Source: Tannerellaceae bacterium (GTDB lineage: Bacteria > Bacteroidota > Bacteroidia > Bacteroidales > Tannerellaceae). From it: a stretch of DNA of 64,000 nucleotides. Below, one piece after another: positions 52,075 to 61,805 of the stretch. Location: NCBI GenBank assembly GCA_031259845.1, contig JAIRKZ010000100.1, forward strand, positions 809-64,808. The letters run 5' to 3'. The position numbers and the translations under genes were made by a program. The notes beneath the pieces are model-generated. The model was given only the letters and a program-made list of their open reading frames with translations, was not told the origin of the DNA and made no database searches. The stretch's first letter is position 1, and every line of letters starts with the position of its first letter.

Positions 52075-52456
52075 AGAGTGATTGTCAAACAAATTGTAAG
52101 CATTCAAAAGGGATAAGCATGCTTATTTATGCAATAGATGTTAAAATGCAAGTGATTATGTATTGCTTTGTGTCAATTTGATACTTATTGTTGTATTGTT
52201 TGTTTTATGATAATTTATATGAGATTCGATATGTTTCATGCTGATTTGGTTTTTTCTCAAAAAAAATTATAATAAATTATCTGTTTATATTAACCGTATT
52301 AAAATTATCATTAATATTGCATAAATAATTTTGTTTTTTAGATTATCAACATGTATTAAATTAAATGAATCTTTTCGGGATATCTTATAATCTTTTGATT
52401 CTTTATTATAGATACGTGAATACTGCGACGATGTGTGTTAATTAATTTCAAAAGGA

Positions 52457-55400
52457 ATGTTTATGAAAAAAAGATTGACTTATCTTTTATTATGCTTAAT
52501 TACAAGCATAGGATTTGTAATGGCTCAGACAACGAGAATAACCGGTACGGTTATTTCCGCTGAAGATAATGAGCCTGTTATTGGAGCCTCCTTAGTTGTT
52601 AAAGGAACAACGACAGGAACTGTAACTGATTTTGATGGCACGTTCACTTTAAATGTACCGGCAGGCGCCAGGACATTGCAGGTTTCTTACATAGGTATGG
52701 AGCCGCAGGAAGTAGCCATTACGCCGGTAATGAATATTGTTATGCGTGCCGACACCAAGACATTAGACGAAGTGGTGGTTACAGCTATGGGGCTTACGCG
52801 CGAAAAGAAATCGCTTGGGTATGCCGTGCAAGAGCTAAAGGCAGAAGAACTTACCCAGGCTGGGCAGTTGTCGCTGACAGGTTCATTGACCGGTAAGGTG
52901 GCCGGCGTGCAGGTAAACCAGTTTGGCGGCAGCGTTGGTTCGTCTTCCCGTATATCGGTGCGTGGTAACTCTTCGTTGGCAGCAGACCAGCAACCGTTGA
53001 TCGTTGTAGATGGCGTGCCTATTGCCAACGATACGCAACGTTCGGGAAATAATATTTATGTAGGTGTGGACTATGGTTCCGGATTAAATGACATCAATCC
53101 CGAAGACATCGAATCTATCACCGTATTGAAAGGTGGTTCGGCAGCGCTTTACGGTATGCGCGCCGGTAATGGCGTAATTCTTGTTACCACCAAATCAGGA
53201 AAAGGTAAAAGAGGCGTTACCATATCATACGATGGACAATTATCGATAGACAATATTTCTACGCTTCCTAAATTACAGAACGAATACGGGCAGGGATATA
53301 GCGGAGATGAATATCATTTCAATCAAAGCGATTATACGGATTACCAGAAATATGCCGTTGAAAACTCTTTTAGTTGGTTAAACGGATATGGTGGGGTATA
53401 TGATTCGATGGATGAGTCGTGGGGGCCTCGTTTGGATGCAGGTTTGATGATTCCTCAATACGACAGCAACGGGGCGGCGGTTCCCTGGATATCACGCAAA
53501 AATAATATAAAAGATTTCTTCCGTACGGGTTACTCTATGAACCATACGGTTTCCGTGTTGTCGCAGGCAGAAAAGTCCAGTACACGTGTTTCGCTTTCAT
53601 TTCGCGACCAGGCCGGTACGGTTCCGAATACAGACCAGAAACGTTATTCCGGACAGGTAAATACCGATATGGAATTAAATAAATACGTGAAGTTTGATTT
53701 GAGCGCTAACTATACCCGTACCGAAAGCGATAACCTGCCGGCCCAGGGATATGGGGGAAGCAACCCTATCAATGGCCTGTTCCTCTGGTCGGCCCGCCAA
53801 ATCAATATGCAGTCGCTCAAAGATAACTGGGATCAAAAAGATGCGGCTGGTAATTATACCTTATATAACTGGAATACGAGCTATCACTTGAATCCTTATT
53901 TTAATGTATACGAAAATACGAACGGTTATCAGCGCGACCGCTTCTTCGCCAAATCGTCGCTCTATTATCAACCGTTCGAGTTCCTTAAGTTTGAAGGGCG
54001 CTTTGGTATGGACTATTATAATGCACAAACGTTTGAACGCCATTATATTGATTATTCCGATTATACGGAAGGAGGTTTTGAACAGCGGATACAGAAAAAT
54101 ACGGAGTTAAATCTTGATTTTATCGCCTCTTTCAATAAAACGTTTGGAGACTTTAACGTTTCGGCTATGGCCGGCGCCAATTACCGCAACCTGAATTGGG
54201 AAGAAAACCTGACGGGAGCTAAGGCCTTAACCGTATTGGGATATTATACAATTGGAAACAAAAAGGGCGACGCCAATGTACTCATGGATCATAGCACGGT
54301 TCGTTCCAATTCGGTATATGCTTCCGGGTCTGTGGGCTGGAAAAGCCAGTTATACCTGGATGCAAGCGTCCGCAACGACTGGAGTTCTACCATCAGGGAT
54401 CCGTTCTTCTATCCATCGGTCAGTTTGGCCTGGATACCTACGGAATCGTTTGAAGCGCTGAAAAACAATTACTACTTATCCTTCCTGAAACTCCGCGGAG
54501 GATGGGCGGAAATAGGTAGCGCGACCAGTCCGTATCGTAACCGGGCTTATTATTTTGCACGTAACGACGCCGACAATGGGGCGTTCAACGGAGTAGCCCA
54601 GATGTATAAAAGCACTACATATCCAAATGAAGGATTGAGACCGGAAAGTGTTAAAACCTGGGAAGTGGGTATTGACGTTGGTTTATTTGACAACCGTTTA
54701 CGCGCCGACGTAGCTTATTATGATAAATCAACCACCGATCAGATTTTGTCGGTCACAACGGCTCAGTCGTCGGGATATGGCAGCCGGTTAATTAATGCCG
54801 GGGAAATTACGAATAAGGGGATTGAAATTCAATTGAGAGGCGATATCTTACGCAGTAAAAGCGGGCTGAATTGGACAAGTACGCTGAATTATGCCAAAGA
54901 TAAAAGTGAAATTGTAGAACTTTATCCGGAATTGAAAATAACCACCTATCAGGTAGGTTGGACCTGGGGTATTGCCAATCTGGCAAAAAAAGGACAGACT
55001 TGGGGTACGCTTTCCGGTGTGGCTTATGATCGTACGGACGATGGCGCCATTAAGGTGAATCAAAGAGGGTTGATCCAGACAGTATCAGGAGAAGATATCG
55101 GCCATGTATCGCCGGATTTCCTCGCGGGATGGCGTAATGACTTCTCGATTAAAGACTGGTCGTTCGGGTTCTTTATGGATTTACGTATAGGCGGCGATAT
55201 CTGGTCACAGTCTATGAGCCACGGATATGCAGCCGGTACGGCGCAATATACCGTTGATAATGGTATTCGCGAACGCGCCATCGTAGCGGGTAAAGACGTT
55301 ATGACCGATGAGCGTTTTGTGATGAACGCCGGTACGGCCGAAAACCCGAATTGGGTAGAGAATACGATAGCCACCGATGCGCAGACCTGGTTCAGGGATG

Positions 55401-55690
55401 GCGGCGTTGCTGAAATGTATGTATTCGACGGTTCATACCTGAAATTACGTGAAGCATACGTTACCTATGTAATTCCATCCTCCGTTTTGGCTAAGTCGAG
55501 ATATATAAGTAAAGCCACCGTTTCACTGATTGGTTCTAACCTGGCCTTACTTTGGACGCATAAATCAAATACCCTGCGCCTTGATCCCGAAACAGGCGGC
55601 GTATCCAGCGACAGTAGAGGGGTTGGCTACGAACAGGCTTCAGTTCCTACTTCCCGCAGTTTCGGTATTAAATTAGGTATTACGTTTTAA
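52457..55690 (+). CDS. susC: SusC/RagA TonB-dependent transporter
   Basis: EPVIGA..GTVTDFDG, LDEVVVTAMG..REKKSLGYAVQ, INPEDIESITVLKG..AALYG.RAGNGVILVTTK, C-terminal F. Confidence 0.95.
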   Translation: MFMKKRLTYLLLCLITSIGFVMAQTTRITGTVISAEDNEPVIGASLVVKGTTTGTVTDFDGTFTLNVPAGARTLQVSYIGMEPQEVAITPVMNIVMRADTKTLDEVVVTAMGLTREKKSLGYAVQELKAEELTQAGQLSLTGSLTGKVAGVQVNQFGGSVGSSSRISVRGNSSLAADQQPLIVVDGVPIANDTQRSGNNIYVGVDYGSGLNDINPEDIESITVLKGGSAALYGMRAGNGVILVTTKSGKGKRGVTISYDGQLSIDNISTLPKLQNEYGQGYSGDEYHFNQSDYTDYQKYAVENSFSWLNGYGGVYDSMDESWGPRLDAGLMIPQYDSNGAAVPWISRKNNIKDFFRTGYSMNHTVSVLSQAEKSSTRVSLSFRDQAGTVPNTDQKRYSGQVNTDMELNKYVKFDLSANYTRTESDNLPAQGYGGSNPINGLFLWSARQINMQSLKDNWDQKDAAGNYTLYNWNTSYHLNPYFNVYENTNGYQRDRFFAKSSLYYQPFEFLKFEGRFGMDYYNAQTFERHYIDYSDYTEGGFEQRIQKNTELNLDFIASFNKTFGDFNVSAMAGANYRNLNWEENLTGAKALTVLGYYTIGNKKGDANVLMDHSTVRSNSVYASGSVGWKSQLYLDASVRNDWSSTIRDPFFYPSVSLAWIPTESFEALKNNYYLSFLKLRGGWAEIGSATSPYRNRAYYFARNDADNGAFNGVAQMYKSTTYPNEGLRPESVKTWEVGIDVGLFDNRLRADVAYYDKSTTDQILSVTTAQSSGYGSRLINAGEITNKGIEIQLRGDILRSKSGLNWTSTLNYAKDKSEIVELYPELKITTYQVGWTWGIANLAKKGQTWGTLSGVAYDRTDDGAIKVNQRGLIQTVSGEDIGHVSPDFLAGWRNDFSIKDWSFGFFMDLRIGGDIWSQSMSHGYAAGTAQYTVDNGIRERAIVAGKDVMTDERFVMNAGTAENPNWVENTIATDAQTWFRDGGVAEMYVFDGSYLKLREAYVTYVIPSSVLAKSRYISKATVSLIGSNLALLWTHKSNTLRLDPETGGVSSDSRGVGYEQASVPTSRSFGIKLGITF

Positions 55691-55709
55691 CTAATAAAGG
55701 AATCACATT

Positions 55710-57185
55710 ATGAATAAAAAAATAAAATTATGGGTAGCAACGCTGTTTCTTTTCGCTACCGTTTTGGTTGCCGGTTGTACGGACTCCTTTGAAGAAATCA
55801 ATACCGACCCGGACGCCTTTGATGAAGCGCCTTATACAAATATGCTGGCAGACGCCATTCGTGAAGTAGGTACAAGAATGGGAAATGAAATAGGGGGCTA
55901 CGGTATTTGGGCCGGCTATATCACCACGATCCAGTATATAGACTATATGGGTGGTATCAACCCGCCGAATAATACGTATGGCAACCGTTGGAGCCGGTGT
56001 TATAATAATATTTACCAGATGAATGATATTTTAAAAAGGACGGAAGAGAATGCGGGAAATTTGAAGAATATCCGTTTTGTAGCGCGTATCTGGCAGCAGT
56101 ATATGTGGTCGTACCTGTTAGACGGCTGGGGCGATATACCTTACTCGGAAGCAATAAAAGGCGCCGATGAGGATGGGGCTATCCTGACGCCTGAATACGA
56201 TAAAGAGCAGGATATCTGGCCGGCTGTTATGGCAGACCTGAAAACGATTGCCGATGAAATGGCCGCCGGACTGGGCAACGATGATATTGGCGACGGCGAT
56301 TTTATCTATTCCGGCGACATTGAAAACTGGCAACGGTTCTGCAACTCGCTTCGCCTGCGTATGGCAATGCGTATATCGGGCGTTGCACCGGATCTATCAA
56401 AAAGTACCATCGAAGAGATCTGTGGGAATCCTTCCAGATACCCGTTTATTGACAGTACAGACTCTCAATGCTATCTGTGGTGGCAGGGAACCCCTCCCTA
56501 TTATGAACCATGGTATAGCAATAAGTTGAGCCGTGACGACAATGGGGTATCTGAAATTCTTATCGACCATTTAAAAGCGATGGACGACCCGCGTATCGCA
56601 TCGATCGCCCATCCGGCGGAAAGCGATGGCGAATATCGCGGTTATCCTAACGGGCCGGCAGAATGGGCCGTATTAAATACGGTATCCCGTATCGGCGCTA
56701 TCTATCGTGACGACCCGGCCGGCTTTACGCCTTTCTACAATGCCAGCGAATCTTATTTTATTGTTGCCGAAGCAGCATTGAATGGCTGGAGCACAGGGAT
56801 AACGGCTGCCGAAGCATACGAAAAGGCTGTCCGCCTTTCGATGGAAGAAAACAAAATTGCTGAGGCGGACGCTGATACGTATCTGGCCGGAAAAGGCAAG
56901 TTCGATAATACAAAAGATCGTCTTTACTGGGAGATGTGGGTATCGTTGTTCAAGAACAACTACGAAGGATGGAGTTTATACCGCCGCACAGGTTACCCTA
57001 CGACCAACTATCCGGCTATTGAATCGGTATGGAAAGGAATTCATAATGATATGCCGTTCCGTCTTCCTTATCCGAATAATGAAGAACTTTACAATGCTGA
57101 AAACTGTAAAGCTGCCAAAAAAGGTATTGTAGATTATTGCTGGGGCCGGCAATTATGGTGGGATACCCGCACAGGAGTAAACTAA
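55710..57185 (+). CDS. susD: SusD/RagB-like lipoprotein (SusD-like_2 type)
   Basis: Lipobox VAGC-TDSFEEINTDP, WGDIPYSEA, WQRFCNSLRLR, EGWSLYRRTGYP, RLPYP, LWWD. Confidence 0.92.
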   Translation: MNKKIKLWVATLFLFATVLVAGCTDSFEEINTDPDAFDEAPYTNMLADAIREVGTRMGNEIGGYGIWAGYITTIQYIDYMGGINPPNNTYGNRWSRCYNNIYQMNDILKRTEENAGNLKNIRFVARIWQQYMWSYLLDGWGDIPYSEAIKGADEDGAILTPEYDKEQDIWPAVMADLKTIADEMAAGLGNDDIGDGDFIYSGDIENWQRFCNSLRLRMAMRISGVAPDLSKSTIEEICGNPSRYPFIDSTDSQCYLWWQGTPPYYEPWYSNKLSRDDNGVSEILIDHLKAMDDPRIASIAHPAESDGEYRGYPNGPAEWAVLNTVSRIGAIYRDDPAGFTPFYNASESYFIVAEAALNGWSTGITAAEAYEKAVRLSMEENKIAEADADTYLAGKGKFDNTKDRLYWEMWVSLFKNNYEGWSLYRRTGYPTTNYPAIESVWKGIHNDMPFRLPYPNNEELYNAENCKAAKKGIVDYCWGRQLWWDTRTGVN

Positions 57186-57238
57186 CAGGTAAACTAATTT
57201 GTACGAAAATAGACATACCAAAAACCTGTACAGAAATG

Positions 57239-57267
57239 AAAGGATCGCTCGTGAGAGCGATCCTTTT
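57239..57267 (+). terminator. intrinsic terminator after susD
   Basis: AAAGGATCGCTC-GTGA-GAGCGATCCTTTT perfect stem, GNRA loop. Confidence 0.85.
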
Positions 57268-57312
57268 GCTTGTTTATATAGTAATACCATTAATGAAAAC
57301 ATGCTGCAATTC

Positions 57313-57345
57313 TTTGCTTTTGTGTACGGTAATTTCGTATATTTG
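57313..57345 (+). promoter_or_regulatory. Bacteroidetes sigma-A promoter for the HU-like gene
   Basis: TTTG (57313-57316), 21-nt spacer, TATATTTG (57338-57345). Confidence 0.7.
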
Positions 57346-57361
57346 TCCTGTCCATTTCCTC

Positions 57362-57464
57362 CGTTCACAGGGGTGACTGGATACCGTTCACCCTCGTGAG
57401 CGGATACGTTCACAGTTGTGACTGGACTCGTTCACAAGGGTGAACGGTAGAAAACGGGGTGAAC
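57362..57464. repeat. four tandem palindromic units CGTTCAC-N4-GTGA(A/C/G)(C/T)G, 22-23 bp period, plus a half site
   Basis: CGTTCAC at 57362, 57385, 57407, 57429; right arms GTGACTG, GTGAGCG, GTGACTG, GTGAACG; lone GTGAAC at 57459. Confidence 0.9.
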
Positions 57465-57500
57465 AAAACAGTAAATAATCCTATATAAAGAGCTAAAACA

Positions 57501-58124
57501 ATGAGTTTACGTTATGACTTCTATGAAAATCCTGTTCCGAAGGATAGTGATGAACGCCCGAAATTACATGCAAGGGTAGTTACGGATGGTACGATGAACA
57601 TCGACCGGCTGGCGCAGCATATACATGAAGAGTGTACGCTTGCAACTGCCGACGTAAAGGCTTCTTTAGTTGCTCTTGTTGAAGTAATGGCCGGCGAACT
57701 GGCGTCGGGCCGGCGGATTCATCTGGATGGATTAGGTTATTTTCAGCTTACGCTCTCATCGCCCCCGGTAGTTTCGCCCAAAGAGATACGGGCCGAGTCT
57801 GTCCGTGTACGTTCGATTGCTTTCCGCCCGGAGGAAAGCTTTAAGAAACGCTTCAAAAACATACCGTTAAAGCGCTCAAAAGAAAAAAGGCATTCCAGCC
57901 GCTGTTCGGATACCGAGATAGACGGCTTGTTGGCCGGTTATTTCCTCAATAATGCCCATATCACCAGTCGCGCGTTCTGTTCCCTTTGTGGTTTCACCGA
58001 GTCTACAGGCCGGCGTCGCCTGCGCCGGTTAGTTGCCGGGGGTAAACTCCGCGATACCGGCTACCGCAACTTCCCCCTCTACGAACCTGTGGAATGTGAT
58101 TCGCCATTATCCGAACAAAAATAA
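57501..58124 (+). CDS. HU-family (Bacteroidetes histone-like) DNA-binding protein with C-terminal winged helix
   Basis: YDFYENP, TLATADVKA.L..L, GRRIHLDGLGYFQLTL, IAFRPE; C-terminal YF..N.HIT..F..LCG....GRRRLRRLV..GKL. Confidence 0.88.
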   Translation: MSLRYDFYENPVPKDSDERPKLHARVVTDGTMNIDRLAQHIHEECTLATADVKASLVALVEVMAGELASGRRIHLDGLGYFQLTLSSPPVVSPKEIRAESVRVRSIAFRPEESFKKRFKNIPLKRSKEKRHSSRCSDTEIDGLLAGYFLNNAHITSRAFCSLCGFTESTGRRRLRRLVAGGKLRDTGYRNFPLYEPVECDSPLSEQK

Positions 58125-58194
58125 AATCCAAACAATTGTTTTCAACTGATATTATTTTCAATGTAATATCGTATTTTTGAGGAAAAATGTATTT

Positions 58195-58773
58195 ATGGTA
58201 TTTCAATTCAAAATTCAGATTAAAGGAATAACAAAACCTCCTGTGTGGAGAAAGGTTTCTGTTCCTGCAAATTTTACATTTCACAGATTTCATAATGTAA
58301 TCCAGACTGTTTTTGACTGGGAAAATTGTCATTTATTCGAGTTCAAAGAGAAAGAATGGCAAAGCAATATCCGTATCACAGTTCCGGCAGGGGATGATTT
58401 CTTTGATTCTGATTTCTTTGCGGACACAAAGGATTCATCAAAAATCAAACTGTCCGATATTTTTAAGGACAAATTCCGGAAACTTCTCTATGTTTATGAT
58501 TTTGGAGATAACTGGGTGCACGAGATAACTTTGGAGTCTATCAGTGATGACAGGCAAAAGACAGCTATCTGCCTTTCGGGCAAAGGCGCTTGTCCCCCGG
58601 AAGATTGTGGTGGTATATACGGATATGAAGAGATGAAAGAAATTTTTGCGACGATGCCTGAAAGTGAAGAGGCCGATGGATATCGTGAGTGGCTCGGCAT
58701 GGACGAAGGTGAGATATGGGATACCGGAGCATTTGACATTGAGAAAGTAAATATGTATTTAAAACAGGTTTAG
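58195..58773 (+). CDS. plasmid pRiA4b ORF-3 family protein
   Basis: Start moved to ATG 58195; FKIQIKG..PPVWR, HNVIQ..FDWENCHLFEF, YVYDFGDNW.H, GACPPEDCGGIYGY. Confidence 0.9.
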   Translation: MVFQFKIQIKGITKPPVWRKVSVPANFTFHRFHNVIQTVFDWENCHLFEFKEKEWQSNIRITVPAGDDFFDSDFFADTKDSSKIKLSDIFKDKFRKLLYVYDFGDNWVHEITLESISDDRQKTAICLSGKGACPPEDCGGIYGYEEMKEIFATMPESEEADGYREWLGMDEGEIWDTGAFDIEKVNMYLKQV

Positions 58774-58946
58774 ATTGGGAGAAATTGATACGGGCATGAT
58801 AGTCAGTACCGGCAACGCTGGTTTGACTTCAAGCAATCCAATGCATGGGGAAATATGAATTTTGAAAGTATTTGGTTGATTACGGATTTTTTTCGTTAAG
58901 TTTACGCGCCCAATAAAAAAGTATCATTTAAAAATTTTAATGTATC

Positions 58947-60578
58947 ATGAATAATGCAATTTTTACATTCGCTAAACCTGTTAATGAACCGGTAAAAGCG
59001 TATGCGCCCGGAACGCCGGAAAAAACGTTACTGAAAAAAGCTTTAGCGCAGTTGTCGTCGGAAGAATGGGATATCCCATTGATAATCGGAGGTAAGGAAA
59101 TCCGGACAGGTAATACCGGCAAAGTGGTTATGCCCCACAATCATAAACATGTATTGGCTACCTATCATAAAGCCGGGGAGAAAGAGGTGCAGATGGCTAT
59201 AGACGCCGCGATGAAAGCGCACAGGGAATGGTCGGGATTGCCTTGGGTAGAACGCGCTTCGCTTATGATGCGTATCGCAGAATTGTTTGCAACGAAATAT
59301 CGTTACCTGCTGAATGCCTCCGTTATGCTGGGGCAGAGTAAAAGTCCTTTCCAGGCGGAGATTGACGCCCCTTGCGAATTGATTGATTTTTTACGTTTCA
59401 GCGCCTTCTATGCCGGACAGGTTTATGCCGATCAGCCTTATTCGGATACAGGTATTATTAACCGTATGGAGTATAGAGCGTTGGAAGGTTTTGTTTTCTC
59501 ATTAAGCCCGTTTAACTTCACCTCTATTGCCGGCAACCTGAATATGGCTCCTGCCATGATGGGCAATGTGGCCGTATGGAAACCGTCTACTACGGCCATT
59601 CATTCCAACTATTTACTGATGAAAGTATTCCGCGAAGCCGGTTTACCCGACGGGGTAGTAAACTTTATCCCCGGACAGGGTAGCGTTATCGGTAAAGTAA
59701 TAACAGCCAGTCCTGATTTGGCCGGGTTCCACTTTACAGGTTCTACGGCTACGTTCAACGCCTTGTGGCGCCAGATGGGTAATAACCTGGAAAACTACAG
59801 GTCGTATCCAAAGATAGTGGGCGAAACAGGCGGGAAGAACTTCATCTTTGTCCATCCCTCTTCTCCTGCCCCGGAAGTAGCAGCGGCTATCGTTCGCGGA
59901 GCCTTTGAATACCAGGGGCAGAAATGTTCCGCCGGCTCGCGCGCCTATATTCCCCAATCCCTTTGGAAAGAAATAAAAGAACAGGTGGGCGATATGCTGA
60001 AAACCATAAAAATGGGCGATCCGCAAGACTTTACCAATTTCTTTAATGCCGTAATAGACGAAGCCTCGTTTGATAATATCATGAGCTATATCAATTATGC
60101 AAAGGAAGCGTCTGACGCAGAAATTATTTTTGGAGGAAAAGGGGATAAATCGACAGGTTATTTTGTTGAGCCGACGGTGATTCAAACAACGAATCCGCAA
60201 TTCAAGACGATGGTTGAAGAGATATTTGGCCCGGTAATAACTATTTACGTGTACGACGACAATAAATTTGAAGAAACATTGGAACTTTGTAACCGTACCT
60301 CTCCATACGGATTAACCGGATCAATCTTTGCCCAGGACCGTTACGCTATCCAAACAGCGATGGATAAGCTACGCTACGCTGCCGGTAATTTCTATATCAA
60401 CGACAAACCAACCGGCGCCGTAATCGGCCAGCAACCCTTCGGCGGTTCAAGGGCTTCCGGCACAAATGATAAAGCGGGAGGGCCGTTGAATCTTACCCGT
60501 TGGACAAATGCCCGGACAATAAAAGAGGCATTAGTTCCTCCGACCGACTATACATATCCTTTTCTTCAAGAAAAATAA
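58947..60578 (+). CDS. pruA: 1-pyrroline-5-carboxylate (glutamate gamma-semialdehyde) dehydrogenase
   Basis: NEPVKAY, PFNFTSI, FTGST, GETGGKNF, YQGQKCSA, EEIFGP, PFGGSRASGTNDKAG. Confidence 0.95.
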   Translation: MNNAIFTFAKPVNEPVKAYAPGTPEKTLLKKALAQLSSEEWDIPLIIGGKEIRTGNTGKVVMPHNHKHVLATYHKAGEKEVQMAIDAAMKAHREWSGLPWVERASLMMRIAELFATKYRYLLNASVMLGQSKSPFQAEIDAPCELIDFLRFSAFYAGQVYADQPYSDTGIINRMEYRALEGFVFSLSPFNFTSIAGNLNMAPAMMGNVAVWKPSTTAIHSNYLLMKVFREAGLPDGVVNFIPGQGSVIGKVITASPDLAGFHFTGSTATFNALWRQMGNNLENYRSYPKIVGETGGKNFIFVHPSSPAPEVAAAIVRGAFEYQGQKCSAGSRAYIPQSLWKEIKEQVGDMLKTIKMGDPQDFTNFFNAVIDEASFDNIMSYINYAKEASDAEIIFGGKGDKSTGYFVEPTVIQTTNPQFKTMVEEIFGPVITIYVYDDNKFEETLELCNRTSPYGLTGSIFAQDRYAIQTAMDKLRYAAGNFYINDKPTGAVIGQQPFGGSRASGTNDKAGGPLNLTRWTNARTIKEALVPPTDYTYPFLQEK

Positions 60579-60605
60579 TCGTTTCAGTTGACATAATTTA
60601 ATACC

Positions 60606-61805
60606 ATGTTAGACTTTAATAATACCGAAATAGCATTCTCTTCCAAGTCGAAATCCGAATTAAAGAACGCTCATTTATTATTTAATGTAATGAAACATCC
60701 GGGCGTAGTGAAGTTCGGAAAGTTTGCCTGTACAATTGCGTTAAAAATACATTTCCCCTTAGGGTGGATTGTAAAACCTACTCTTTATAAACAATTTGTT
60801 GGCGGTGAAACATTGGAAGATACCGCCAGGTATATCAATTTCCTGGAAAAATACAATGTAAAATCTACATTAGACTATTCTGCCGAAAGTAAAAAAACGC
60901 CGTCAGGTATCCAGGCTACATTTATAGAAACCCTTCGTTCGGTAGACTTTGCCAAAAGAAATCCGAACATTGCTTATGCCGTATTTAAACCTTCTACGCT
61001 GACAACAGACGAGCTTCTTTCTAAAGCATCGGAAAAAAGGGAAAAATTAACCGTCGAAGAGCTCAAAGGGTTCCGCGAATTTAAAGAACGGTTTATGGCT
61101 CTTTGCCAGCGCGCTTGCGACAATGGCGTGCGTATCCTGGTAGATGCCGAAGATTATTGCCTGCAAGACGCCATTGACGAACTTACCGACGAGGCCATGC
61201 GGTTATTTAATAAGGAACGCGCCATCGTGTTTGCTACCTTGCAGATGTACCGCCATGACAGGATGCCTTATCTGCGCCGTATCTATGACGATTCGATAGA
61301 GAAAGGCTATTATCCCGGAATCAAATTTGTACGGGGGGCTTATATGGAAGAAGAACGTAAGCGGGCAGAACTAATGGGGTATCCCGACCCGATATGTAAG
61401 GACAAAAAAGCTACGGACGAAAACTTTAACGCCGGGGTGAGATTTGTAGTTGAACATATCGACAGGATGGAGCTTTTTATGGGTACGCACAATGAAGAGA
61501 GTAATTATAAACTGGCCGCTCTTATCGAAGAGAAAAATATAGAGAAGAACAATCCCCGTATTTATTTTTCGCAATTATTAGGAATGAGTGACAATATTTC
61601 CTTCAACCTGGCTCATGCAGGATATAATGTAACCAAGTATGTCCCCTACGCTAAAGTAAGAGACGTATTGCCCTACCTGCTTCGTCGCGCTGAAGAAAAC
61701 ACCTCCGTAGCCGGCCAGACCGGACGCGAACTGCGTATGCTGAAACTGGAAATGGAGAGGAGGAAAAAGCTACCGGCTTTTTTTCAGTCCGCGGATAACG
61801 GCTGA
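60606..61805 (+). CDS. monofunctional proline dehydrogenase
   Basis: QFVGGE, LDY, ILVDAED, TLQMYR, KFVRGAYME.ER, THN, QLLGM, YLLRRAEEN. Confidence 0.92.
   Translation: MLDFNNTEIAFSSKSKSELKNAHLLFNVMKHPGVVKFGKFACTIALKIHFPLGWIVKPTLYKQFVGGETLEDTARYINFLEKYNVKSTLDYSAESKKTPSGIQATFIETLRSVDFAKRNPNIAYAVFKPSTLTTDELLSKASEKREKLTVEELKGFREFKERFMALCQRACDNGVRILVDAEDYCLQDAIDELTDEAMRLFNKERAIVFATLQMYRHDRMPYLRRIYDDSIEKGYYPGIKFVRGAYMEEERKRAELMGYPDPICKDKKATDENFNAGVRFVVEHIDRMELFMGTHNEESNYKLAALIEEKNIEKNNPRIYFSQLLGMSDNISFNLAHAGYNVTKYVPYAKVRDVLPYLLRRAEENTSVAGQTGRELRMLKLEMERRKKLPAFFQSADNG

Noticed and set aside
57362-57464. CRISPR array
   Set aside because: Period is only 22-23 bp with 4-5 bp linkers, no unique spacers, and no cas genes in the window.
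58195-58773. Integrated plasmid suggested by the pRiA4b ORF3 name
   Set aside because: The family is common on chromosomes; no rep, mob or integrase nearby.
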